DNA of 64,000 bases from Gammaproteobacteria bacterium. Its GTDB lineage: Bacteria; Pseudomonadota; Gammaproteobacteria; UBA5861. The first letter of the stretch is position 1. The number at the start of each line of letters is the position of its first letter. The DNA lies in the NCBI GenBank assembly GCA_022360445.1, contig JAKSCV010000012.1:1364-65363 (forward strand), given 5' to 3'. The notes beneath the pieces are model-generated. The model was not told where the DNA came from. It saw only the letters and a program-made list of their open reading frames with translations, and did no database searches. Of the stretch, positions 40,256 through 49,881 are shown piece after piece. Made by a program: the position numbers and the translations under genes.

Positions 40256-42063
40256 CAGCTAGCCTCCTGGTACATCGATTCAATAAGGTCAGCAAACTTC
40301 TTATTCACCTCGCGTCGGCGCAGTTTTAAGGTAGCTGTCACTTCGCCATCGTCATGGTCGAGTTCTTTTTCCAGCAAGGTAAACTTTTTGATGCGCTCAA
40401 CCTGTGAGAAGTCTCCGTTTGCTTGTTCAACTTCTTCACTGATCAGTTTTTTCACTTCATCCATTTGTACAAGGCTGCGGAAGGTGGTGAAAGCCAGGCG
40501 TTTTTCTTGAGCCCACTTGGCGACGTTGTCGTATTCAATTTGGATTAGGGCACTGAGAAATTTGCGTTGATCGCCAATGACAACGGCTTCATTAATGTAG
40601 GGGCTACATTTGAGGCGATTTTCCAATTCAGATGGGGAAATGTTTTTTCCGCCTGAAGTGATAATGATTTCTTTTTTGCGGTCAGTAATCGAGAGCCGAC
40701 CTTGGGCATCAATTTCACCGACATCGCCAGTATGTAGCCAGCCGTTTTGAATCGCCTCGGCAGTGGCTTCTTGGTTTTTCCAGTAGCCGACAAAAATGTG
40801 AGGGCACCTGAGGAGGATTTCCCCATCTTCCGCGATTTTTAATTCGACCCCGGGAATAGGGCGGCCAACAGAACCAAGTTTGACTTCACCCGGGTGGTTA
40901 AAGGTGGCAATCCCCGTTTCTTCTGTCATGCCCCAGCCTTCTAACACTTCAATCCCTAGACCGTGGAAAAACTTGATTACTTCGGGCGAGATGGGGGCTG
41001 CACCACTAAGGGCAATGCGCACCCGGGAGAGGCCGAGTTCCTTACGGAGCGCACGGAGCACCAGGATATTGGCTAATGCATATTTAAGCCGCAGGCCTAG
41101 CGAGATCGGGCGGCCTGTCAGGCGAGTTTCGGCCATTGCTTGGCCCCAGGGCAGAGCAAGGTGGTAAATTTTTTTCTTAATTGGTGTGGCATCCTTCATT
41201 TTGATTTGGATGCTCGCCATCATCTTTTCCCATATTCGAGGCACTGCGAGATAAAACGTCGGCATGACTTCCCGCATTGCCAGCACCACGGTATCCACAC
41301 TTTCGGCAAAGTTGACGGTGGACCCGGAACCCAATGGCATAAATACCGACATCATACGTTCGGCGACATGGCATAGAGGAAGGTAAGAAACAACCTCGTC
41401 CTCTGCGCTTTGAGGCAAAACCTGAGATTGCCCTTTAATCAGTTGAATCACATTGTCATGAGAGATCATGGCGCCCTTTGGCGGCCCTGTCGTGCCAGAG
41501 GTATAGACCATGATGGCGACGTCTTCCGGGCGGATGGAATCAAGCAACTCATCATATTTGCGCGGTTCCGCCTGATCGATTGCTTCACCGAGCTCCTCAA
41601 CGGCTTCAAAGCTCATGATGCAAGGCTCACTATAATTGCGCAAGCCTTTCATATCCATGATAATTATTTTTTCCAGCAAGGGCAGCTCGTGTTTGATTTC
41701 GAGTACCTTGTCGACCTGTTCCTGGTCATCGCACACAACGATTCGGGAGTCTGAATGTTCAATGACATATTTCGCCTCGGCAGACGGGTTCGTGGGGTAG
41801 ATGCCCACTGCAATACCGCCGATACTTTGAATAGCGAGGTCTGCGTAGAGCCATTCGGGCTTATTGTTACCAAAAATACTGACATGGTCACCGTGATGAA
41901 TGCCCAGCTGAGTCAGCCCCAGTGCGAAATGCCGAACGTGCCGGGCATAGTTATTCCAGGAAATCTCCTGCCACAAACCGAGGTCTTTCTCTCTGAGTGC
42001 AACACGGTCTCCAAAGCGATGGACTTTTTCGAGGAAAAGATGAGGTAGAGTGTCGGTGCGCAT
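40255..42063 (-). CDS. AMP-dependent acyl-CoA synthetase (long-chain-fatty-acid--CoA ligase-like)
   Basis: 602 aa with the AMP-binding motif MVYTSGTTGPPKGAMISH, plus GWGMTE and ...DRKKEIIITSGGKNISP. It shares one nucleotide with each neighbouring transporter gene, at 42063 and at 40255. Confidence 0.9.
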   Translation of the reverse strand: MRTDTLPHLFLEKVHRFGDRVALREKDLGLWQEISWNNYARHVRHFALGLTQLGIHHGDHVSIFGNNKPEWLYADLAIQSIGGIAVGIYPTNPSAEAKYVIEHSDSRIVVCDDQEQVDKVLEIKHELPLLEKIIIMDMKGLRNYSEPCIMSFEAVEELGEAIDQAEPRKYDELLDSIRPEDVAIMVYTSGTTGPPKGAMISHDNVIQLIKGQSQVLPQSAEDEVVSYLPLCHVAERMMSVFMPLGSGSTVNFAESVDTVVLAMREVMPTFYLAVPRIWEKMMASIQIKMKDATPIKKKIYHLALPWGQAMAETRLTGRPISLGLRLKYALANILVLRALRKELGLSRVRIALSGAAPISPEVIKFFHGLGIEVLEGWGMTEETGIATFNHPGEVKLGSVGRPIPGVELKIAEDGEILLRCPHIFVGYWKNQEATAEAIQNGWLHTGDVGEIDAQGRLSITDRKKEIIITSGGKNISPSELENRLKCSPYINEAVVIGDQRKFLSALIQIEYDNVAKWAQEKRLAFTTFRSLVQMDEVKKLISEEVEQANGDFSQVERIKKFTLLEKELDHDDGEVTATLKLRRREVNKKFADLIESMYQEAS

Positions 42064-42851
42064 TAATTGGCTTCTCCTCTGCGAATCGCCTCATAATTTT
42101 CACCCAGGTAAGCTTTTTGTACCTCGGGATCATTCTGAATTTTTTCCGGTGGGCCATCGGCGATTTTCTCGCCAAAATCAAGAACAGCAATGTGTTGAGA
42201 AATATCCATCACGACAGCCATATCGTGTTCGATCATTACAATGGTGGTCCCCAGTTCCTGGTGAACGTCGAGAATAAACCGCGCAATGTCCTCCGTTTCC
42301 TCAAGATTCATACCGGCCATGGGCTCATCCAGTAAAAGCAGTGTGGGTTCTTGTGCCAACGCACGCCCCAATTCCACACGCTTTTGAATGCCATAGGGTA
42401 AATCGGACACCAGGTGCTTTCGCCACTGTTCCATTTCGAGAAAATCGATGATTTCTTCCACGCGGCGGCGCTCTCTTGATTCATCTTTTGAGCGGTAGCC
42501 CATCAGAGCATTGCGGAAATAGCCACCTTTAAAATAGTTATGCCGACCTAGAAGGAGATTGTCGATAACATTCATGTTGGAAAACAGTTCGACATTTTGA
42601 AACGTACGGGCAACCCCTTTTTGGGCGACTTTGAAAGGAGGTAAGGGCGTGATGTCTTCCCCTTGAAACAAGACTTTGCCCTGAGTAGGTTTATAAAATC
42701 CGCTGATGCAGTTAAGCAGAGAGGTTTTGCCTGCACCATTAGGACCAATGACAGCGGCCAGCTGGCCTTTTTCGACCGTGAAAGAGACATTGCGAAGTGC
42801 GTGGACGCCGCCGAAACTGATAGAAATATCCTGAATTTCAAGTAAATCCAT
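42063..42851 (-). CDS. HAAT-family ABC ATP-binding protein (LivG-like)
   Basis: Walker A GPNGAGKTS, signature LPYGIQKRVELGRAL, Walker B LLLLDEPMAG. Confidence 0.9.
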   Translation of the reverse strand: MDLLEIQDISISFGGVHALRNVSFTVEKGQLAAVIGPNGAGKTSLLNCISGFYKPTQGKVLFQGEDITPLPPFKVAQKGVARTFQNVELFSNMNVIDNLLLGRHNYFKGGYFRNALMGYRSKDESRERRRVEEIIDFLEMEQWRKHLVSDLPYGIQKRVELGRALAQEPTLLLLDEPMAGMNLEETEDIARFILDVHQELGTTIVMIEHDMAVVMDISQHIAVLDFGEKIADGPPEKIQNDPEVQKAYLGENYEAIRRGEAN

Positions 42852-42865
42852 GAAGGGAATTCCTC

Positions 42866-43660
42866 TTAGGAAAGCCAGCGTTTACGCCGTTTATAGTGTT
42901 TAACTTCAGCAAAATTTCGACGATCGTGCCCTTCACCGGTCCCAAGATAGAATTCTTTTACATCTTCATTCGTGATCAGTTCATTGCAGGGGCCATCCAG
43001 AACAATTTTGCCATTTTCCAGAATGTACCCGTAATCCGCTGTTCCTAACGCCATTAGCGCATTTTGTTCGACGAGTAAAATAGAGACATTTTCTTCGGTG
43101 TTAATTTTTTTGATGATGTCGAAAATCTCTGTCACAAGCATAGGCGCCAGTCCAAGAGATGGCTCATCCAGCATCATAAGTTTGGGTTTGGCCATCAGTG
43201 CGCGTCCGATTGCTAGCATTTGTTGCTCTCCGCCGGAAAGGAAGCCAGCTTGCATTTTTAGACGTTCTCTCAGTCTGGGAAAGTAAATTAAGACGCGTTC
43301 CATTTCCTGCCGGATATTGATGTTTTTGTGTTGTGTGTGTGAGCCAACGCGTAAATTTTCTTCAACCGTTAACTCAGCGAATACGCGGCGCCCCTCAGGA
43401 ACTTGAGTGATCCCAAGTCGAACGATATCTTGAGGTTGTTTTTTGTGAATTTCGACGCCATCGAATTCAATGGCGCCATTGGTAATTTCGCCGTCTTCGT
43501 ACTCAAGTAGGCCGGATATGGCTTTCAGTGTTGTGGATTTACCGGCGCCGTTCGCACCTAAAAAAGCAACAATACTGCCTTTGGGAACTTCCAGAGAGAT
43601 TCCCCGGAGGACAAGGATGATATCGTTATAAACCGCCTCCAGGTTTTTTAGTTTCAGCAT
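42866..43660 (-). CDS. HAAT-family ABC ATP-binding protein (LivF-like)
   Basis: Walker A GANGAGKST, signature LSGGEQQMLAIGRAL, Walker B LMMLDEPSLGL. Confidence 0.9.
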   Translation of the reverse strand: MLKLKNLEAVYNDIILVLRGISLEVPKGSIVAFLGANGAGKSTTLKAISGLLEYEDGEITNGAIEFDGVEIHKKQPQDIVRLGITQVPEGRRVFAELTVEENLRVGSHTQHKNINIRQEMERVLIYFPRLRERLKMQAGFLSGGEQQMLAIGRALMAKPKLMMLDEPSLGLAPMLVTEIFDIIKKINTEENVSILLVEQNALMALGTADYGYILENGKIVLDGPCNELITNEDVKEFYLGTGEGHDRRNFAEVKHYKRRKRWLS

Positions 43661-44010
43661 AAAAGGGGGACTCCATCGCTTAATTTTTTAGTTGTTGTTG
43701 TCTTTTGCATTAATGTGATCTACGCCACACGCTAGAAATTACCGCGTTGCAACCGCTCTTGTCAATTAGTTGATTTTAAACAAAGAATTAAAGGTTTATT
43801 GGACAGGCCATTTTAATTGGGTTGAGTCGACTGGGGCTATTTACCTTGCGCTGATAGTTATTTTGTGATCAGAAAATGCGTGGAGAGGTCTTGCGCTATC
43901 ATGAGAGAACTTGATGTTTCCAGCTTCTTAAAAAAACTGTCAACAAAATAAAATCCGTTTGACATAAAGGTGATTTAGCCTGTACTAAATTCAATCAGCG
44001 GAGTAACACC

Positions 44011-44880
44011 ATGAAACATCTTAGGTTAGTTGCGCTTGTGCTCAGTCTTTTGTTACCGAGCTGGGTAGGTGCTAAAACGTACAACCTTGCCGTGACTGAT
44101 GTAGAAGGTATGGAAAAGTTACAGCTCGAATGGTCGGGTTTCAAGGAGGCACTTGAACGCGCAAGTGGTTATGAATTTAAATTTTTTCCTGTGAGTAACC
44201 GTACAGCAGCGGTTGAAGCTCTACGTGCCAAACGTCTTGACTTTGTCGTCTCAGGGCCGGCTGAGTATGTCGTTATCAATAAAATGACAGAAGCGACGCC
44301 ATTGATTGGTTTAGGCCGTCCAGACTACTTTTGTGCCGTTGTGGTGATGGCGGAGTCACCTTATCTGCGCGTCACGGAATTAAAAGGCAAGAAAGTGGCA
44401 TTTAAAGATGTCGGTTCTACTTCAGGCCATCTTTGCCCGATGCAGTTGATGCAAGACCTCGGTTTGGACCCTGTTAAAGACATTACACGCATTCATACCT
44501 CGCGTAATGTGATGCACGAAGCACTGAAACGGGGCGACGTACAAGCCATCGGTGTGAATCACAACAGCTGGGTAGATAAGGCTCGGAATAAAGATACGCG
44601 CTTGGAGCCCGGTGCTTTTCGTATTATCGCGCGTTCAGGTGACCTTCCCAATGATATGTTGATAGTGGCGGCTCATGTTGATCCTTCGGTTGCCAAACAG
44701 GTCAGAAAGGGGATTCTGGATCATTCCAAAGAAGTTATTCAGGGCATCCTGGCGCACGAAGAGAATCTAAAGTATGAAGGGATGAAACTAAGATCCATTC
44801 AAGATAAGGACTATAATCTCGTTCGCGCCATGTATACAACAGCAGGTTTTCCTCAGTACGATCGTTTTATTGGCGAGTAA
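44011..44880 (+). CDS. phnD: Phosphonate/phosphite-type ABC transporter substrate-binding protein (PhnD family)
   Basis: 289 aa with a signal peptide and PhnD-like blocks (FVVSGPAEYV, FKDVGSTSGHLCP). Confidence 0.8.
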   Translation: MKHLRLVALVLSLLLPSWVGAKTYNLAVTDVEGMEKLQLEWSGFKEALERASGYEFKFFPVSNRTAAVEALRAKRLDFVVSGPAEYVVINKMTEATPLIGLGRPDYFCAVVVMAESPYLRVTELKGKKVAFKDVGSTSGHLCPMQLMQDLGLDPVKDITRIHTSRNVMHEALKRGDVQAIGVNHNSWVDKARNKDTRLEPGAFRIIARSGDLPNDMLIVAAHVDPSVAKQVRKGILDHSKEVIQGILAHEENLKYEGMKLRSIQDKDYNLVRAMYTTAGFPQYDRFIGE

Positions 44881-44924
44881 TTCGTTTGCTGGAGTACGCA
44901 AAATATCGGCCGAGGCGGGCAGTA

Positions 44925-45725
44925 ATGTCTCAAGTTGGCTCAGAAGCAGGGCAGGGAAGCCCCATGTCAATTGAACAGAGGCATATTGTTTTACAGGTTC
45001 AGGGGTTATCCAAGCGGTTTGCAGATAAAACTGTTCTTGAAGACATTACGTTTGATATCAGGCAAGGTGAGTCGGTCGCGCTAATCGGCTCCAATGGGGT
45101 AGGAAAGTCCACCGCTCTGTACTGTTGCCTGCGTTTGATAGAACCGGAAAATGGACGTATCCAGCTACTTGACCAAAACTTATTGGGCGTCAAAGCAAAG
45201 TCATTGAGGATGGTGCGCAGAGAAGTTGGGTTCATTTTTCAAAAGCACAATCTGGTTCCTCGTGCCTGTGCGCTTACCAATGTTTTGCACGGAGCTCTAG
45301 GCTATCAATCAGGCCCTCGTCAGTGGTTACACTGCCTAACAAAAAGTAAAAACCGCAAACGTGCTTATGAAATGCTTGAGCGTGTTGGCTTAAACCATAT
45401 TGCTTTGCAGCGGGCCGATAAGCTTTCGGGTGGGCAGTCACAACGCGTTGCAATTGCACGGGCATTGATGCAAAACCCCAAAATAATCATGGCTGATGAG
45501 CCCGTTGCCAGTCTTGACCCTATTGCGGGTGAGGCGATTATGCAGTTGTTTTTCTCATTGTGTAAAAGCGACGGCATTACCTTGTTGTTTACTTCCCACA
45601 ATATTGAACATGCATTGCAATATTCCGATCGTGTATTGGCCATTGCGGGCGGTAAAATTACTTTGGATGCCTGTTCGGCCGAGCTGGATGCGGCGGATCT
45701 TAATCAGCAATACCACTATGGATAA
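44925..45725 (+). CDS. phnC: Phosphonate ABC transporter ATP-binding protein
   Basis: Walker A GSNGVGKST, signature LSGGQSQRVAIARAL, Walker B IIMADEPVASLD. The start is ambiguous: TTG 44886, ATG 44925 or ATG 44964. Confidence 0.85.
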   Translation: MSQVGSEAGQGSPMSIEQRHIVLQVQGLSKRFADKTVLEDITFDIRQGESVALIGSNGVGKSTALYCCLRLIEPENGRIQLLDQNLLGVKAKSLRMVRREVGFIFQKHNLVPRACALTNVLHGALGYQSGPRQWLHCLTKSKNRKRAYEMLERVGLNHIALQRADKLSGGQSQRVAIARALMQNPKIIMADEPVASLDPIAGEAIMQLFFSLCKSDGITLLFTSHNIEHALQYSDRVLAIAGGKITLDACSAELDAADLNQQYHYG

Positions 45726-46533
45726 TGTGCGCAATCAACGTTCGGAAGATACGTTACCAGGGCGTTTTGAAAGAACCAGCAGTTTAACGTTCATTTTGTA
45801 CTTTATTGCGCTAGCGTTTGTGGTGTGGTCGTTTACTGGAGCAGGTTGGTCTTTCTCTGCACTAGGCCAGGGTGTGCCCGCCATGCTGGACTTTTTGTCC
45901 CGCGCCTGGCCGCCTTCAACTGATCGTCTGGCTGCTGTTGGCCTGTCTATTTTAGAAACCTTTCAAATGGCACTCGTGGGCACATTGGTGGGTATTGTGT
46001 TGAGCCTTCCATTAGCTATTTTAGGCGCAAAAGGCTTAACAGGGTCTCGTTCTTTGTATTTCCTGTCGCGGAGTATTGTCGCGTTATTTCGCACAGTTCC
46101 TGATCTTGTTTGGGCATTGATATTCGTTATTACCGTTGGCCTGGGGCCCTTTGCAGGTACGTTGGCCATCATGGTTGACACGATTGGTTTCTGTGGGCGT
46201 TTTTTTGCCGAAGCGATGGAAGATGTCGATAAAGCTCCGAGCGAGGCGCTGGTGGCCACGGGTGCAAAACGCCTTGATGCCATTTTCGCGGCTGTTATCC
46301 CTGCCGCGATGCCGGCTTTTATTACAACTTCCTTGTTTGCACTTGAAAAAGCGACCCGGTCATCTGTGATTTTAGGGTTGGTCGGAGCAGGGGGGGTTGG
46401 TATTGAGTTAAAAGTTGCGATGGACTTTTTTGATTACCCGTTGGCGATGAGCATTATCGTAATGATATTTGCTCTGGTTTTGGCTGTAGAACGACTGGGT
46501 GTTTGGGCACGTAAAAAAATAATCGAGGGTTAA
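45718..46533 (+). CDS. phnE: Phosphonate ABC transporter permease
   Basis: Polytopic, PhnE-like (LETFQMALVGT..., VPDLVWALIFV). ATG 45718 overlaps the phnC stop by 8 nt. The ORF-track start at 45496 is an out-of-frame overlap artefact within phnC. Confidence 0.85.
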   Translation: MDNVRNQRSEDTLPGRFERTSSLTFILYFIALAFVVWSFTGAGWSFSALGQGVPAMLDFLSRAWPPSTDRLAAVGLSILETFQMALVGTLVGIVLSLPLAILGAKGLTGSRSLYFLSRSIVALFRTVPDLVWALIFVITVGLGPFAGTLAIMVDTIGFCGRFFAEAMEDVDKAPSEALVATGAKRLDAIFAAVIPAAMPAFITTSLFALEKATRSSVILGLVGAGGVGIELKVAMDFFDYPLAMSIIVMIFALVLAVERLGVWARKKIIEG

Positions 46534-46539
46534 CTATCT

Positions 46540-47220
46540 ATGAGTAAAGACATACAAAAAACTGATGGAACGGATACTGCTCATCATTCATGGGATCATC
46601 GTTGGGAAACTGAAGAGGGCCGTTCTGACTGGCTGCAGCCCGACGATGATGTGAAGAATATCATCCCTTTATTGCAAGCGCGTAACGTGAAACGTGTATT
46701 GGATCTTGGCTGTGGGGTTGGGCGCCACGCTTTGTTCTTGGCAAATGAAGGTTTTGATGTTATTGCGATTGACGGGAGTGAAGTCGGGCTTAATTTTGTT
46801 GCCAGAGAGGCGAGCAAACATCATTTATCTGTGACCTTTAAGCAGGCTCTGATGACAAGCCTTCCATTAGAAGACAATAGCATTGATTACGTTTTGGCGT
46901 TCAATGTGATCTATCATGGTAGCCCGGCTGTTGTCAGAAAAGCAGTGAAAGAAATAGCACGTGTGCTGGTTCCTGGCGGGCTTTACCAAGGCACGATGCT
47001 ATCCAAGCGCAACGGCAATTATGGCTTAGGTACTGAGGTGGATGACCATACATTCGTGCAAGAGGAGTCCGATGATGATAAGTCTCATCCGCATTTTTAT
47101 TGTAACGCTTTAGAGTTGATACAAATGTTTGATGGTTTTGAACTGATTGCCTTGCACGACAAGTGTCATCAAAAACCCGAGTCATGGCATTGGCATATGA
47201 TTTGTGAAAAAATGGAATAG
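46540..47220 (+). CDS. Class I SAM-dependent methyltransferase
   Basis: 226 aa with motif I VLDLGCGVGRHALFLANEGFDVIAIDGS. It starts 6 nt after the phnE stop. Confidence 0.85.
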   Translation: MSKDIQKTDGTDTAHHSWDHRWETEEGRSDWLQPDDDVKNIIPLLQARNVKRVLDLGCGVGRHALFLANEGFDVIAIDGSEVGLNFVAREASKHHLSVTFKQALMTSLPLEDNSIDYVLAFNVIYHGSPAVVRKAVKEIARVLVPGGLYQGTMLSKRNGNYGLGTEVDDHTFVQEESDDDKSHPHFYCNALELIQMFDGFELIALHDKCHQKPESWHWHMICEKME

Positions 47221-47320
47221 TCCTGTAAATGCTTGTCATAGCAGAAGTTTGCAATCTGCTGGATGCCATCCCGGTTACCTTGCTTCGGTACAATTGACCT
47301 GAACAGTTGATGAGGAAAGC

Positions 47321-47725
47321 ATGAAGATTAAGAAAACAAAAGCCTTTAATGCTTCGGTAGACGTCGTGTGGGATGCCATTACGGATGAAAAAAAGCTCTC
47401 TGAGTGGTTTATGAAGGCTCGATTTCAGCCTGAAGTGGGCTATCAATTCGAGTTTCAGGATACCCCTCGAGGGAAGTGGGATGGCCGGTTGTGGGGAGAA
47501 GTTCTCGTAGTTGAGCCCCTGCAGCGGCTTTCTTACACCTGGATGGGCAATCAAATGAAACATAACACGCAGGTGACCTGGGTGTTAAAACCCACTGTAT
47601 CAGGTACGGAACTGACCCTTGAGCACATAGGCTTCAAAGGGTTTGGGGATCATGTCATTGGCTTTTTTCATCTGCTGGGTTGGCGTCAGTATCTGCGCGG
47701 TTTGACAAACTTTTTGCGCTCTTAG
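47321..47725 (+). CDS. SRPBCC/AHSA1-family protein
   Basis: 134 aa containing VDVVWDAITDEKKLSEWF...RLSYTW, typical of the Aha1/START-like fold. Confidence 0.75.
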   Translation: MKIKKTKAFNASVDVVWDAITDEKKLSEWFMKARFQPEVGYQFEFQDTPRGKWDGRLWGEVLVVEPLQRLSYTWMGNQMKHNTQVTWVLKPTVSGTELTLEHIGFKGFGDHVIGFFHLLGWRQYLRGLTNFLRS

Positions 47726-47810
47726 TTCGGGAAATTATGTGACCGCTGATGAGTAGGTGGACTCAGTGCAATGTGAATTTTGTGAGGAAGTGTGACGAGG
47801 CACGCTCACA

Positions 47811-48176
47811 TTAGAAAAGCAAGACCAATAGCCAGGTCATAAAAGCCAGAAATAAGGAGAGCAACACTGCCGCTGAACCGGCATCTTTTGCGCGGCCGGA
47901 CAGTGTATGTTGCTCAAAGCCAACTCGGTCAACAGCCGCTTCAATGCCGGTATTCAATAACTCTACGACCATTACGAACACGATGCTGCTAATTAAAAGG
48001 GCTGCTTCAATGCCGGAGTCGCTCAAAACAAGCGCAGCAGGGACCAGAATCACAGTAGCCCAGCATTCTTGCCTGAATGCTTCTTCATTATGGTAGGTGG
48101 CTCTGAAACCTTGTGCTGAATAATGCAGGGCATTCCACAACCGTTTGATGCCATGCACTTTAGGGTTTTGTGTCAT
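47811..48176 (-). CDS. dgkA: Diacylglycerol kinase
   Basis: 121 aa. It aligns with E. coli DgkA at EAAFRQE, ELLNTGIEAAVDR and LSGRAKDAGSAAV. Confidence 0.93.
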   Translation of the reverse strand: MTQNPKVHGIKRLWNALHYSAQGFRATYHNEEAFRQECWATVILVPAALVLSDSGIEAALLISSIVFVMVVELLNTGIEAAVDRVGFEQHTLSGRAKDAGSAAVLLSLFLAFMTWLLVLLF

Positions 48177-48301
48177 CGGCCTTCACCTCACTGTATGCAA
48201 GCACGATACTGTTTCAGCCTGCCAGGAGGAAGTTAAACACGAATGACGTGTAATGGTGCTGATACCCCCGAATCAAGGCTTCCGGGGATATCTAACCACA
48301 T

Positions 48302-49273
48302 TTATGCAATCATCTGTTGTCGTAGATCAATGCCGGATAGCTTTTCAATTCTTCCTGACATCATTGATGCGTACATATGTTCAAAGAGTTTCCCGGGTTT
48401 ACCATTAGGAGTTTCGGCAAAATAGCTGTGGCCCGTTAATGGGTCATACTTCATATTGATGTCATCGCAATCCACCGAGTAAACATTTTTGGATACTCGA
48501 TTGATGTCTTCCGGCCCGGAGTGACCTAAACGACGTGAGGAAATTTTATTTTTCAAGTTAGACACTTTACTGGCGCGCAGTGCAAGATCATCTGAGGCGT
48601 AGTAGACGCAGACATTACGGGAAGCATGGCTGATCAGCTCACCGGAGTGTCCTCGGTGAAGCGACTCATTGACGATATCGGCAGCGACCATGAAGGTGTT
48701 CCGAAATAATAGAGGAACACCGTTTGCCAGATCATATTTATTCCACATTCTTAAGGTTTCCCTTAGCACACGGTTCCCCATGGAGTGAGCAACGATGTTG
48801 ATTCGCTTTGTGCAAGGCTTACCATCATCGTCAGTACCGGTGCGCCATTTTAGAAACAATTGCAGTGCGCGGGAAAATGCAAAAGCACTATTATCTGCTG
48901 CTTTTTGATCATCCCAATAGTCCAAAACGACGCCAAAGTCATTGTCGCATGGCCAGATCATAGGGATTACCAGCACTTGGTTTTTTTGTTTTTGATCAAA
49001 AAGTTTTTGTAGTTTTTCGGTTCTTGAAAAGACTTGATCAGGCAGATTGGAAAATCCATGGATGTAAAGCAATATTTGTTCAAAAGGACTCTCTCTTAAC
49101 TCTTGCAAAAACGGTTTCGATGTCACTTCTTCATATTGATCCGGGCCCGTCTTACGGCAGAAGTAAATATTGTTTTCCGGCGTGTTTATTCTTAAGTCAA
49201 AGTCGATACCTCGCCCGCTTCTCAAACGTTTTGTAGGGGCCTGTTTGAGTTTCCTATTGGTGATAAAAAGCAT
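48302..49273 (-). CDS. Alpha/beta hydrolase of unknown function (DUF900-like)
   Basis: 323 aa with LLYIHGFSN and the nucleophile elbow VAHSMGN. No signal peptide is evident. Confidence 0.65.
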   Translation of the reverse strand: MLFITNRKLKQAPTKRLRSGRGIDFDLRINTPENNIYFCRKTGPDQYEEVTSKPFLQELRESPFEQILLYIHGFSNLPDQVFSRTEKLQKLFDQKQKNQVLVIPMIWPCDNDFGVVLDYWDDQKAADNSAFAFSRALQLFLKWRTGTDDDGKPCTKRINIVAHSMGNRVLRETLRMWNKYDLANGVPLLFRNTFMVAADIVNESLHRGHSGELISHASRNVCVYYASDDLALRASKVSNLKNKISSRRLGHSGPEDINRVSKNVYSVDCDDINMKYDPLTGHSYFAETPNGKPGKLFEHMYASMMSGRIEKLSGIDLRQQMIA

Positions 49274-49361
49274 ACGTCCTCCTTGGTATTGTTATGCAAT
49301 TGGCTTAGTAATGTAGCGAAAGCGCTCATTTTGCGGCATACCTGATTTTAGGGATATCCCG

Positions 49362-49871
49362 TTATGTTTTAGTGAAGTGTTCCGCAATCAACTTGAAAAG
49401 TCGCCGGGCACTTTTAGGCGAATGATGGTTTTGTGCCTCTTTTTGTGCATTGCGTACAAGCTGCTGTATTTGCTGTCTGTCTAGTGAGGGCAGTGTTTCC
49501 ATCAGCCGGTCAATGGCGGGCTGCCCTTCCGTCAAAAGTTGCTGTCGCCAGTTTTCGATGGCATGGAGTTGCTGGGTTTGCTGGGCAGATTGATTGCGGT
49601 ATTGTGTGAGCTGATCTTCGATTAGAGATAGATCTGTATTCCGCAGGAGTTTTGCCACATATTGCAGCTGTCTTTTACGAGCCCCATGAGCATTGATCGC
49701 GCGTGCCTGGACCAAGGCATCGTGAATATCCGCAGGCAATACAAGTTTGGAAAAATCCTTATCGCTCAATGTGGCCATTTCTTCTCCTAAGGCCTTAATG
49801 TTATGGGCGAGGCGTTTCCGTTCGCTTTTACTGATCGTTTCTTCGGTGTCTGAGTCAGAAAAATGTGTCAT
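49362..49871 (-). CDS. yjgA: Ribosome-associated protein YjgA (DUF615)
   Basis: Contains SKSERKRLAHNIKALGEEM...ARKRQLQYVAKLLR, characteristic of YjgA. ATG 49871 avoids the 122-nt overlap with the upstream gene that the ORF-track start (50003) would create. Confidence 0.8.
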   Translation of the reverse strand: MTHFSDSDTEETISKSERKRLAHNIKALGEEMATLSDKDFSKLVLPADIHDALVQARAINAHGARKRQLQYVAKLLRNTDLSLIEDQLTQYRNQSAQQTQQLHAIENWRQQLLTEGQPAIDRLMETLPSLDRQQIQQLVRNAQKEAQNHHSPKSARRLFKLIAEHFTKT

Positions 49872-49881
49872 GTGTGTGTTT

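Noticed and set aside
43937-43966. CTGTCAAC...TTGACAT upstream of phnD, considered as a Pho box or operator
   Set aside because: It does not show two CTGTCAT-type direct repeats at 11-bp spacing. The second half is equally well read as a TTGACA -35 element. The evidence is too weak to call.
46934-47563. 209-aa minus-strand ORF spanning the methyltransferase 3' end, the spacer and the SRPBCC gene
   Set aside because: Both plus-strand genes have clear family motifs. The minus-strand ORF crosses an intergenic spacer and has no recognisable domain.
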